From NCBI GenBank assembly GCA_963827135.1, contig CAWGZX010000005.1, forward strand, positions 123,435-187,434: DNA of 64,000 nt, read 5' to 3'. Position 1 is the first letter of the stretch; each line of letters opens with the position of its first letter. The notes below the pieces were generated by a model that did not search any database, was not told the DNA's origin, and worked only from the letters and a program-made list of their open reading frames with translations. A program made the position numbers and the translations under genes. This DNA is from Methanomassiliicoccaceae archaeon (GTDB lineage Archaea > Thermoplasmatota > Thermoplasmata > Methanomassiliicoccales > UBA472). Shown in pieces: positions 19,250 to 28,056 of the stretch.

Positions 19250-20053
19250 TCAGCCACCGTGGCCCGGCACCGTCCCCAATATCGTCAGGCTGTAGGCCTC
19301 GATGCGCACATCGTACTGCACCAAGGACCTTATCCTGAAGACCTTCTCCACATTGTCCTGGGTAAGAACATCAGGCACCGATCCGGCGGAGAGGACGCTC
19401 CCCTCGCTCAGAAGGATGAGCTTGTCGCAATAGCGCGCTGCCAGGTTAAGGTCGTGGGAGACCATGATCACCGTCAGCTTCTCCCGGCGAGCCAGCTCGC
19501 GCACCAGCTCCATGATCTCCATCTGGTGGTTGACGTCGAGGTGCAGGGTCGGCTCGTCCAGAAGCAGGATCTTCGGCTGCTGGGCCAGGGCCCGGGCGAT
19601 GATCACCCGTTGCCGCTCGCCCCCGGAGAGCTGGTTCATCGACCGCCCGGCGAGATGGGTCACGCTGGTCGCCTCCATGGCCCTCCTGACGATCTCGATG
19701 TCGCCCCTGGTCTCGCGCTGGAAGCGGTCCATGGAGGGGTTCCGGCCCATCATGACGATCTCCAGGGCGGTGAAGGGGAAGGTGATTATGCAGTTCTGCG
19801 GGACCACGGCCATCTCGTTAGCGATCTCCTTGCGGCTGAGGGAGCCGATCTCCTTGTCCTCGACCAGGACGGTCCCTTTCGAAGGGGATAGGGCACGGTT
19901 CATGCATCGTAGCAGAGTGGTCTTGCCTGAACCATTAGGTCCCAGGATGCCGATGATCTCGCCCTCCTTGGCCTCGAAGGCCACGTCCTTGAGCACAGGG
20001 ACGGAGTTGTAGGCGAACTCGATGCCCTGCACCCTCAGACGCAGGTTCACCAT
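19250..20053 (-). CDS. ABC transporter ATP-binding protein (FepC/BtuD-type)
   Basis: Walker A GPNGSGKTT, signature LSGGERQR, Walker B LLLDEP. True start is MVNLRL at 20053, overlapping the permease stop (ATGGTGA). Confidence 0.92.
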   Translation of the reverse strand: MVNLRLRVQGIEFAYNSVPVLKDVAFEAKEGEIIGILGPNGSGKTTLLRCMNRALSPSKGTVLVEDKEIGSLSRKEIANEMAVVPQNCIITFPFTALEIVMMGRNPSMDRFQRETRGDIEIVRRAMEATSVTHLAGRSMNQLSGGERQRVIIARALAQQPKILLLDEPTLHLDVNHQMEIMELVRELARREKLTVIMVSHDLNLAARYCDKLILLSEGSVLSAGSVPDVLTQDNVEKVFRIRSLVQYDVRIEAYSLTILGTVPGHGG

Positions 20054-21105
20054 TCGGTCGCCTCCCTCTTCCTCCTTAGCAGGTAGAGGAAGAATGGCCC
20101 GCCCATGAGGGCGGTGATTATCCCCACCGGCAGCTCCTGGGGCGCCATTATGGTCCTGGCCACGGTATCGGTGAGGATCAGGAAGATGGCCCCGGCGAAC
20201 AGCGAGGCGGGGAACAAGATCCGGTTGTCGGGCCCGATGAGCATGCGCATTATGTGGGGGACGATTAGTCCTACGAATGCTATGACACCGGTGAAGGCCA
20301 CCGCCGCACCGGTGACCAGGGCGGATCCGAAGAGCATGACCTTGGTCGTGGTCTTCGGGTCCACCCCGAGGCTGGTGGCATGGGTCTCCCCCACGATCAT
20401 CGCGTTCAAGTCCCGGGAGAAGGCGAAGAGCAAGAGGAACCCGGGAACGAGGAACGCGAGCACGATCCAGAACTGAGACCAATTGGCCATGCTAAGGCTG
20501 CCCATCATCCAGAAGACCACCCTCTCCATCGTACCGGTGGAGCCTTGGGCCGCCAGTATCTGCAGCAGGGACACCAAGGCCGAGAAGAAGGCGCCGACGG
20601 CTATGCCCGCCAGCAACAAAGTGGTCGTGGGCAATGCCCCCTCGACCTTGCCAAGCATGTAGACCAGGAAGAGCGTGAACATGGCGAAAATGAAGGCGGA
20701 TACCGGAATGGCGAAGTCTCCCTGGGCAAGCGTGAACCCGAGCACGATGGTAAGGGAGGCGCCGAAGGCCGCCCCTTGCGAGATGCCGATGACCGACGGG
20801 GAGGCCATCGGGTTCTTGAAGATGCCCTGGAGAGCCACGCCTGCGATCGATAAGCAAGCGCCCACTACTCCGGCCATCAATATCCTCGGCAGCCTGACCT
20901 GCTGTATTATGACGACCTCGGTCGGGGGGATGCCCTCGGTGTTCCCCATCAGGATGGAAAGGACGCGGCCAGGAGGAATGTAGACCGTCCCTAAGCAGAT
21001 GCAGATGATGATGGTCGCGAACAATGCCACGACCAGCAAAACCATGGCCAGCGTCCATTTGCCGAGCTTGTCTGCATGCAATTGCTCGATCGGCTTCGCC
21101 TCCAT
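20047..21105 (-). CDS. FecCD/BtuC-family ABC permease
   Basis: Polytopic FecCD-like sequence. ATG at 21105 (MEAKPIEQL), 2 nt after the upstream radical SAM stop. Confidence 0.88.
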   Translation of the reverse strand: MEAKPIEQLHADKLGKWTLAMVLLVVALFATIIICICLGTVYIPPGRVLSILMGNTEGIPPTEVVIIQQVRLPRILMAGVVGACLSIAGVALQGIFKNPMASPSVIGISQGAAFGASLTIVLGFTLAQGDFAIPVSAFIFAMFTLFLVYMLGKVEGALPTTTLLLAGIAVGAFFSALVSLLQILAAQGSTGTMERVVFWMMGSLSMANWSQFWIVLAFLVPGFLLLFAFSRDLNAMIVGETHATSLGVDPKTTTKVMLFGSALVTGAAVAFTGVIAFVGLIVPHIMRMLIGPDNRILFPASLFAGAIFLILTDTVARTIMAPQELPVGIITALMGGPFFLYLLRRKREATEW

Positions 21106-21107
21106 GC

Positions 21108-21783
21108 TCAAGCCCCCTGTTGACCGTAATGGAGCGAGTCCCTCTCGGACATGGAGAGGTACTCTCTGACGCTGAGGATGGAGCACGTCACCCGGGACAT
21201 GTGCTTCTTGGCGGCGATCACCGCATCCGCCATCTCGTCCCGGTTCGGCCTCCTCCAAGGGAGACCGGGCACGGGTATATAGCCAGTGATGTGGAGCGGG
21301 ACGTCGCTTCCCACCCCGGAGACGAACTTGGCGATGTCCTCGATCTCCTTGGCGTCGATCATCTCGGGGATGAGTATGGTGGTGACCTTCAACCTGATGC
21401 CCTTGTCATGCATGCGATAGATGTTGCTCAGCACCTTCGAGTTCTGCGCCCCGGTGAGCTGCTGGTGCTTGCGCTTGCTGAAGGCCCTGAGGCTCACTCC
21501 CACATCGTCCACCCCCTCTGGGGGCATGATGGAGGCGTTAGAGTGCGCGATCCGAACCTTGGCCCGCCTCTCCACTTTGGCATACCTTACCATCTTATCG
21601 AGGTCGGGGACGGCCATCGGCTCGCCTCCGATCAAGTTCACTGTCTCGAGATGGTAGGAGGATAGTCTCTCCAGGACCTCCTCCAGGCTGAGGAATCTGC
21701 TCGGCTTGAAGTCCTCCCTGAGCCTGTAGGAGCAGATGCTGCAGTCCCAATTGCACCCATGATTGCACAGGGTGGCTGCGCAT
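21108..21783 (-). CDS. Small radical SAM protein (PflA-like), start codon out of frame by 1 nt
   Basis: CNWDCSIC cluster motif, ..NLIGGEPMAV.. The only start signal is ATG 21783 with a perfect GGAGGAGGG SD. It is +1 out of frame with the domain frame, which opens directly after the SBP TAG stop and has no ATG/GTG/TTG. Confidence 0.7.
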
Positions 21784-21830
21784 CCCTCCTCCTGGAAAGT
21801 TATCCTGAAGATTGGCGTATCGTGGCCCTC

Positions 21831-23273
21831 CTAGCTGGGGAAGAAATAGTCGGCCAACTGCTCCACGGCATCGACCATGCGCGGGGTGGACGAGACCAAC
21901 TCGCCATTGATGCGCAATATGTGATGCTCCTGGACCGCGGCGATGGTCCCCCATCCTGCCGTAGCCTCGATCTGAGCGTTGGCCTTGGTGCTCTGATCCT
22001 CAATCACGATGACGTCTGGGTTGGAGCTGATGATGTACTCGCTGTTGAACAGTGGGTACTTCACCGCCGAAGTGGCGTAGATATTATTGCCCCCAGCCAA
22101 GGCTATCAGCTCGTTGGCGATCGTGCCCATGCCTACGGACTTGGTGCTGCGGAGCTCGAAGTATACGTCGGGGCGCTGCTCTACAGGTATGCTAGCTACG
22201 CGCTGCGAGACGGCCTCGAAGCGGGACTCCATGCTGTCGATCAGCCCCTTGGCGCCAGACTCATGCGCGGTAAGGTTCCCGATCGAGTTTATCACGCTCA
22301 GAACGCCGCTGACACTACCTGGGTTGTAACAGACGACATTCAGGCCTTTGGCCTCCAAGGTGCTGACCGTGGCCGTGGCGAAGGTCCAGGTCACGATACA
22401 ATCCGGATTGGTCGCCAGCACCGCTTCGAGGTTGAGGGTATAGAAGCTGCCTACGTTGGTCTTCTGGCTCACCTCGGCTGGATACTTGGAGCTGCTGTCC
22501 ACTCCGATCAGGTGCCCATCGGCACCGATGGCGTAGAAGATCTCAGTGAACGATCCTCCCATGGAGAGAATCCTTGTTGGAACCGCATCGAAGGAGATCG
22601 ATTTCCCCCTCTCGTCAACGATGACGAATGGGTTGTTGAATGTGACGTTGCTCCATGATTCCGCCTTCATCCCTAGCCTATCCATTGTCCTCGCGGTCAT
22701 GAGGTGGTCCCCATTGGAGTACGCCTCCGTCTGAATGGACCAGGTGTATGGAGCCTCGGTGGAGTTCCCGACCTCCTGACCGTCGATGCTGACTGCCACA
22801 TAGCTTATCCCTCTCGGGCTGGCAGCGTCCACGCGGATCTCCATATCTCCCGAGATCACCGAACCATCGAGCGGGGAGCGGATGGTGACAACGGTGCCTC
22901 CGTTATTGATGATTGTATCCGCCTGGGCGGTCCCGAACCTGCCCTTTTCCGTCTTGACGATGACGTTCAACTCATGAGGCCCATCGAGGAAGTCCCTGGT
23001 GTTTAGCTCGAACTCGAATGGCGGCTCGACGCTGTTAGCGACGGTCTCACCATCGACCTGCAATGTGGCCATCTGCCCCTCGCTGTTGCCCTCGAACTCC
23101 ACTTCCACTACGACCTCGCCCGAGATGATGGCCCCATCCTCAGGCGCAACGATCTCCACGTGGACCTCATAATAGTCCTCGCCATCCTGCGTAACGGCCA
23201 ATGCTCCCATCACCGCAGCGAGGATCAACAGAAGCACCACGCCAATTGCTATCAGAACTTTATCACGATTCAT
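21831..23273 (-). CDS. ABC substrate-binding protein (cobalamin/Fe-siderophore type) with N-terminal TM anchor and two Ig-like repeats
   Basis: MNRDKVLIAIGVVLLLIL.. anchor. Two approx. 85-aa related repeats (VEIVAPEDGAIISGEV.. / VTIRSPLDGSVISGDM..). Then a periplasmic-binding-protein fold (..ILSMGGSFTEIFYAIGA..). Confidence 0.8.
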   Translation of the reverse strand: MNRDKVLIAIGVVLLLILAAVMGALAVTQDGEDYYEVHVEIVAPEDGAIISGEVVVEVEFEGNSEGQMATLQVDGETVANSVEPPFEFELNTRDFLDGPHELNVIVKTEKGRFGTAQADTIINNGGTVVTIRSPLDGSVISGDMEIRVDAASPRGISYVAVSIDGQEVGNSTEAPYTWSIQTEAYSNGDHLMTARTMDRLGMKAESWSNVTFNNPFVIVDERGKSISFDAVPTRILSMGGSFTEIFYAIGADGHLIGVDSSSKYPAEVSQKTNVGSFYTLNLEAVLATNPDCIVTWTFATATVSTLEAKGLNVVCYNPGSVSGVLSVINSIGNLTAHESGAKGLIDSMESRFEAVSQRVASIPVEQRPDVYFELRSTKSVGMGTIANELIALAGGNNIYATSAVKYPLFNSEYIISSNPDVIVIEDQSTKANAQIEATAGWGTIAAVQEHHILRINGELVSSTPRMVDAVEQLADYFFPS

Positions 23274-23308
23274 CCTCGAACCCCTCTGACTTATCAAATC
23301 AATCATAA

Positions 23309-23328
23309 CACGTTTTTTTAAAAACGTG
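23309..23328. promoter_or_regulatory. Perfect palindrome CACGTTTTT-TT-AAAAACGTG overlapping the presumed TATA box of the SBP operon
   Basis: Lies 36-55 nt upstream of the SBP ATG (23273). The AT core fits a TATA box; the CACG/CGTG arms suggest an operator. Confidence 0.4.
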
Positions 23329-23521
23329 CTACTGTACACTGTGATGGGGTCATCATCTCCAAGGTTTATGTACTCTTCGCCCTCTTGCCAGAATAATGAA
23401 CGATAGTTATCATCCTCTGGATGAAAGATTAATTGGATGGATTATCCATCCACTTAGCATCCAACCTGAGAATCGACTCACGACGAATGAGAACAGGGAA
23501 AAGTTCTTGAACAGGTCGCAT

Positions 23522-23875
23522 ATGCATAGGCCGATGAGGTGCCTCTTAAGGGCGAAAATCCACCGGGCGACGGTGACAGACGCCAACCCGGATTACGTCG
23601 GAAGCATCACCATAGATGACGAGCTCCTCCAAAGGGCGGACATATGGCCTGGGGAGAAGGTCCTGGTGGCGGACGTTGACAACGGGGCTAGGTTCGAGAC
23701 CTACGCCGTTAAGGCGAAGGCCGGATCGGGCACCATATGCGTTAATGGAAGCGCGGCAAGGTTGACCAAGAAGGGTGACAAGATCATCATCATGGCCTTC
23801 GAATACACCGACAAGCCAGTGGACCATAAGGTGGTCCTGGTGGACGAGAAGAATCGCTTTGTCAGGAACTTGTAG
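23522..23875 (+). CDS. panD: Aspartate 1-decarboxylase (pyruvoyl-dependent, bacterial type)
   Basis: ..LLRAKIHRATVTDANPDYVGSITID.. includes the Gly-Ser self-cleavage site. ATG 23522, or 23534 (MRCLL). Confidence 0.88.
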   Translation: MHRPMRCLLRAKIHRATVTDANPDYVGSITIDDELLQRADIWPGEKVLVADVDNGARFETYAVKAKAGSGTICVNGSAARLTKKGDKIIIMAFEYTDKPVDHKVVLVDEKNRFVRNL

Positions 23876-23890
23876 TCCATTTCGCCTCGT

Positions 23891-23899
23891 TTTTTATAT
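23891..23899 (+). promoter_or_regulatory. TATA box upstream of rnhA
   Basis: TTTTTATAT sits about 35-40 nt before the first conserved RNase H codons. Confidence 0.4.
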
Positions 23900-23932
23900 C
23901 GATCCAACGTTCTCCATTCGAGGAGAGATACC

Positions 23933-24379
23933 ATCAAACTCCAAATATTCACCGATGCTGGATCCAGGGGAAACCCGGGACCTTCTGCCTATGCCATCGT
24001 AGTCTGCTCCGGTGATGGAAAACGATTGAAGGAGAAAGCCCGGTTCATAGGGCTCGGCACCAATAACGAAGCGGAGTACCGTGGAATGTTGGCTGCATTG
24101 GAAGAGGGGAGGGCGATGGGCGCCGAGGAGCTCGAGATAACATCTGACAGCGAGCTAATGGTGAGGCAGATCAACCGCCAATATCGCGTCAAGGCAGAGA
24201 ATCTCCGACCCATGGTCGAGGAGGTTTGGCAGAAGATGGCGGATTTCAAGGATGTGAGGTTGAGGCACGCCCCCCGTGAGCACCCAATGATCCAACGGGC
24301 CGACGAGCTCGTCAACCAGGAATTGGACATGATGGCTTTCGCCAAGAAGTTGCACAAGCCCGAGACAAATCATTATTAG
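23933..24379 (+). CDS. rnhA: Ribonuclease HI (type 1), no canonical start codon
   Basis: IKLQIFTDAGSRGNPGPSAYA..NNEAEY..TSDSEL..RADELV (DEDD residues). The frame is open from 23876, but no ATG/GTG/TTG exists in any frame in 23876-23950. AGGAGAG precedes ATC at 23933. The ORF-track TTG at 24026 would delete the first catalytic Asp. Confidence 0.75.
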   Translation: MKLQIFTDAGSRGNPGPSAYAIVVCSGDGKRLKEKARFIGLGTNNEAEYRGMLAALEEGRAMGAEELEITSDSELMVRQINRQYRVKAENLRPMVEEVWQKMADFKDVRLRHAPREHPMIQRADELVNQELDMMAFAKKLHKPETNHY

Positions 24380-24411
24380 CCGGTACTGGCTATTTTGACA
24401 GGGGCGAGTCT

Positions 24412-24612
24412 ATGGTACAGAAGATAATCGAGATCCTTGGGACAAGCGAGGAGAGCTTCTCGCGAGCTACGGACAACGCGATTCAGGTCGCGGCCCAGAC
24501 CGTGCGCGGGATAACCTCGGCGAAGGTCATAGAAATGGACTGCAAGGTCGATAACGGAAGGGTAGCGGAATACAGGGCGATCCTCCGCATCTTCTTCGAG
24601 GTCGAGCGCTGA
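24412..24612 (+). CDS. Dodecin family flavin-binding protein
   Basis: 66 aa with typical dodecin sequence (MVQKIIEILGTSEESFSRATDNAI...). Confidence 0.8.
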   Translation: MVQKIIEILGTSEESFSRATDNAIQVAAQTVRGITSAKVIEMDCKVDNGRVAEYRAILRIFFEVER

Positions 24613-24820
24613 GGTTCGGACCGGAATGAGACGGCCTCGGCTCTTGCCTTTCTATTAGAGCCTAGGCAATTTTCCGCGACGAACTTTTTTGAGTATAGAT
24701 TAATATAGTGCGAGATGCACACATAAAATATTGGTGTCCGAGGTCGGTGGCTCAACTCTCCTCCTGAGCCGAAGTTGACCTAGTTTTCCCCACCACATCG
24801 GCCGAGGACACCGCACCCCT

Positions 24821-26065
24821 TTATTTCACCTGATCTGCTAGAATCTCAACCTTGACCAGCGTCTGCTCACCGCTCGAGAGGTCGCGAACCGTGACCGCCC
24901 CTTGCGCATCCTCCTTCTCACCGACGATTATGACGTATCGGGCGCTGATCGAATCCGCATACTTGAGGTTCTTGCCGACGCTGCGCCGCATCAGGTCGAC
25001 ATCGGCTGAAATGCCTTGCCTCCTTAGCAAGTTGACCACGGAGAATGCCTTGTGCCTCATCGCCTCGGATGTCGGAACGACGTATGCATCGAGCCGGACC
25101 TTGGCCGGTGTCAGCCCCTCCCTCTCCAGGGCCAGCAAGGTCCGGTCGAAGCCGATGGCGAAGCCGGTGGAGAAAGCCTTCTCCCCTCCGAACAGCTCGG
25201 TGAGGGAGTACGAGCCCCCGCCACAGATCTGCTTCTCCGCTCCCAGGCATGGGGCGTCGATCTCGAAGACAATGCCTGAATAATAGTCGAGGCCGCGCAC
25301 CACCCCCAGATCGACCTGGACGTTGGTGATGCCATAGTCCGCTAGGATGGCGAAGACCTCACGGAGATAGTCGCTGGCCTCGCCTGGGTGCTTCTCCAGG
25401 AGGTCTGGAGGTCCGATGATTTGCGTGGTCCTGACTATTTCCTCCACCGCCTCCTCGCTTAGCCCAGAGTCCCTCATCAAGGGCCTCGCCTCTTCGTAGA
25501 GGCGCTTATCCAATTTTTGCAAGATGGGCGAAGCCTTCTCGGATGTGACCCCTCCCCGCGAGAGCATGCCCCTCAGGACGCCGATATGCCCGATGCGGAT
25601 GTTGTAGTTGGTCAGACCGCTCCTTCGGATCAGGTCAGCCGCCAGCCCAATGACCTCTGCATCGGACTCCGGATTGGGAGCTCCGATCAACTCTGCCCCG
25701 AACTGGAAGAACTCGCGGTACCGGCCGCTCTGCGGTCGCTCATAGCGGAAACATTGCCCGAAGTAGAAGACCTTCAGCGGCCTGGGGTAATTGGTGAGCT
25801 CGTTGACGAAGAAGCGTATGGAGGGGGCAGTCAGCTCCGGCCTGAGAGCTATTTGGCGGCCTCCCTTGTCCTCGAAAGCGTACATCTCGTCGATGATGTT
25901 AGGGCCTGACTTCAATGTGAAGAGTTCAGAGTGCTCGAAAATTGGGGTGGCTATCTCCCCGAAGCCATGAACAACGGCCTCCTTACGGAACAGGCCCTCC
26001 AAATACCGTCTGGTCTCCATCTCTTGGGGCGTGAAGTCCCTGGTCCCCCTAGGGCGCTGAATCAT
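24821..26065 (-). CDS. hisS: Histidyl-tRNA synthetase
   Basis: MIQRPRGTRDFTPQEM.. start at 26065. Class II motifs (..ALRPELTAP.., YFGQCFRYERPQSGRYREF). Confidence 0.93.
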   Translation of the reverse strand: MIQRPRGTRDFTPQEMETRRYLEGLFRKEAVVHGFGEIATPIFEHSELFTLKSGPNIIDEMYAFEDKGGRQIALRPELTAPSIRFFVNELTNYPRPLKVFYFGQCFRYERPQSGRYREFFQFGAELIGAPNPESDAEVIGLAADLIRRSGLTNYNIRIGHIGVLRGMLSRGGVTSEKASPILQKLDKRLYEEARPLMRDSGLSEEAVEEIVRTTQIIGPPDLLEKHPGEASDYLREVFAILADYGITNVQVDLGVVRGLDYYSGIVFEIDAPCLGAEKQICGGGSYSLTELFGGEKAFSTGFAIGFDRTLLALEREGLTPAKVRLDAYVVPTSEAMRHKAFSVVNLLRRQGISADVDLMRRSVGKNLKYADSISARYVIIVGEKEDAQGAVTVRDLSSGEQTLVKVEILADQVK

Positions 26066-26209
26066 CGGTTCAGCAATATGGTGTGTTTTAATATAGCTTT
26101 CCCAGAGGTGGCTCGGGCGCTCTGCACGCTTGGAAAGAGGACGAGGCGATGCTCCGGCAGTTATGCTAAAATAGCATTTAGACATCGGACCGTCCAAAGG
26201 TGAAAATCA

Positions 26210-26947
26210 ATGGATGAGGACCTATTATATCAAGCGATATTCAGGCGCAAGTCCGTGAGGAAGTTCGAGAGCTCCCCACTGGATCAAGATACCATCGCCA
26301 GCATAACCTCCCAATTCTCCTCGCTCACACCGATGCTGGAAGGCATCCGTACCGAGGTCACGCTCATGACCAGCGAACAGGTCCATGGGCTATTCAAGGT
26401 GGATGCCCCCCATTTCATCGCCTTATTTTCCGAGCCCAAGGAAGGATACCTGCTCAATGCAGGATTCATGGTGCAGCAGCTGGACCTGTTCCTCTCCGCC
26501 AAAGGTATCGGGAGCTGCTGGCAGGGCGGGCCGAAGCCTACGAAGATGGCACGGGCGGCATCGGGTTTGGAGTTCGTTGTCCTGCTGGCCTTCGGGAAGC
26601 CGGCGGAGAAGGTGCATCGCGAAAGCATATCCGAGTTCAAGCGGGACCCTATGTCCAAGATCACCAGCATCAAGGGGATGGACGACCTGCTGGAGCCTGC
26701 TAGGATTGCTCCTTCCGGGATGAACGGACAGCCTTGGTTCTTCAACGACGGCAACGGGATGATCAACGCCTACTGCCACAAGGCGGTCGTCGGCAACCAT
26801 ATGAACCAAATTGGAGTCGGGATCGCCCTTAGCCATATCTGGCTGGCGGCTAGGCATAAGGGAGGGTCCGCCCAGCTCTCGATATCTCCGGGCTCAGGGG
26901 ATGGGCCGAGGCGATATGCTTATGCGGCCTCGCTCAAGCTGAAGTAG
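26210..26947 (+). CDS. Nitroreductase family protein
   Basis: N-terminal RRKSVRKF and C-terminal ..PSGMNGQPWFF motifs. Confidence 0.8.
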   Translation: MDEDLLYQAIFRRKSVRKFESSPLDQDTIASITSQFSSLTPMLEGIRTEVTLMTSEQVHGLFKVDAPHFIALFSEPKEGYLLNAGFMVQQLDLFLSAKGIGSCWQGGPKPTKMARAASGLEFVVLLAFGKPAEKVHRESISEFKRDPMSKITSIKGMDDLLEPARIAPSGMNGQPWFFNDGNGMINAYCHKAVVGNHMNQIGVGIALSHIWLAARHKGGSAQLSISPGSGDGPRRYAYAASLKLK

Positions 26948-26973
26948 ATCGACCAAGGCGGCCGTGAGAGCGT

Positions 26974-28056
26974 TCATAGATGATGGCGAGCCGTGGCTTC
27001 CTTGAGCCGATGGATGTTCTCAAGGGGGGTCTTGTAGGGCAGCTCGCAGCCCGGCGCGACCACCAGCCCCGGAGCCTTGCCCCAGAGGCCCATCACCCTC
27101 TTCACCTCCGCCTCCACCTCGTTGGGGCTCTTCTTGAAGAGCAGTACCATGTGGTCTATGCCGGCCATGACGCATAGCCGGCCTCTGGTCTCATCGAAGA
27201 ACTTGGCGACGTCCACGGCCGTGAGGTGGACATGCAACGCGCTCGGCCCGAGCTTGACCTGGGCCTCGTAGAAAGGCTCCGCCGAATCGTTGTGGATGAT
27301 GGTCCGCAGACCTAGCTTCCTCCAATGCGACATGACATCAAGCAGGTAGCTGGAATCGAAGGTCTCATACATCTCCAGGGAGACCATCTCCTTACCAGCA
27401 CCGCTATCGTCCACGAATATCTCCTCCACCCCGATCTCGTGCACCCTTTCTCCGTAGGCCTTGCAGGATTCCACGAACGTGCGCAACATGGCGTGCACCA
27501 GGTCCGGCTGCTGGAAGTAGGCCATAAAAAGGTTCTCCATGCCGACGGTCTCGCTCGCTATCCAGGTCGGAGAGATGCAGGACCCCACCACGGCCACCTC
27601 GCTGCCCAGCCTCTCCATTACGATCCTCCCGGCCTTAAGCTGCACCGACCAGAAGGGGTCGTTGGCGGGATCGACCGAACGTATCTCTGATGCCCTGCTC
27701 ATCGGCAGGTATGTGTCCGGTCTGGGGTAGAAGCGGGGGTCGGTGAACTTCCACTTCATGCCATGTGCCTGGGATTCGGTCAGAAGGTCCCCCCATCCGA
27801 CCATGACGTTGTCGTACCCGAATTGCCTGTATGAGGCGCTCACAAGGTCAGCGTACTTCTCGGGGTCGGAGAAGGCGTCCTTGACAGTAATGCCTAGCGC
27901 GCCTTGGAGGTAGCTCGATGCTCCCAGGTGCTGGTAGAAGACCGGCGGCCGGTCGACATCCCTCAAATCGAGTGCGGACTGAAACCTCTCCTTCGGCGTC
28001 ACGCGCACTGAATGGCCATGCCGGTTGAATATATTGTCGCCCTCAGGAGAGGGCAT
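26974..28056 (-). CDS. Uroporphyrinogen decarboxylase (URO-D/MtaA-like) family protein, divergent
   Basis: 360 aa URO-D fold. Lacks both the HemE RQAGR motif and the MtaA-type HxC zinc motif (has IIHNDS). Overlaps the upstream PLP enzyme gene by 14 nt. Confidence 0.65.
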   Translation of the reverse strand: MPSPEGDNIFNRHGHSVRVTPKERFQSALDLRDVDRPPVFYQHLGASSYLQGALGITVKDAFSDPEKYADLVSASYRQFGYDNVMVGWGDLLTESQAHGMKWKFTDPRFYPRPDTYLPMSRASEIRSVDPANDPFWSVQLKAGRIVMERLGSEVAVVGSCISPTWIASETVGMENLFMAYFQQPDLVHAMLRTFVESCKAYGERVHEIGVEEIFVDDSGAGKEMVSLEMYETFDSSYLLDVMSHWRKLGLRTIIHNDSAEPFYEAQVKLGPSALHVHLTAVDVAKFFDETRGRLCVMAGIDHMVLLFKKSPNEVEAEVKRVMGLWGKAPGLVVAPGCELPYKTPLENIHRLKEATARHHL

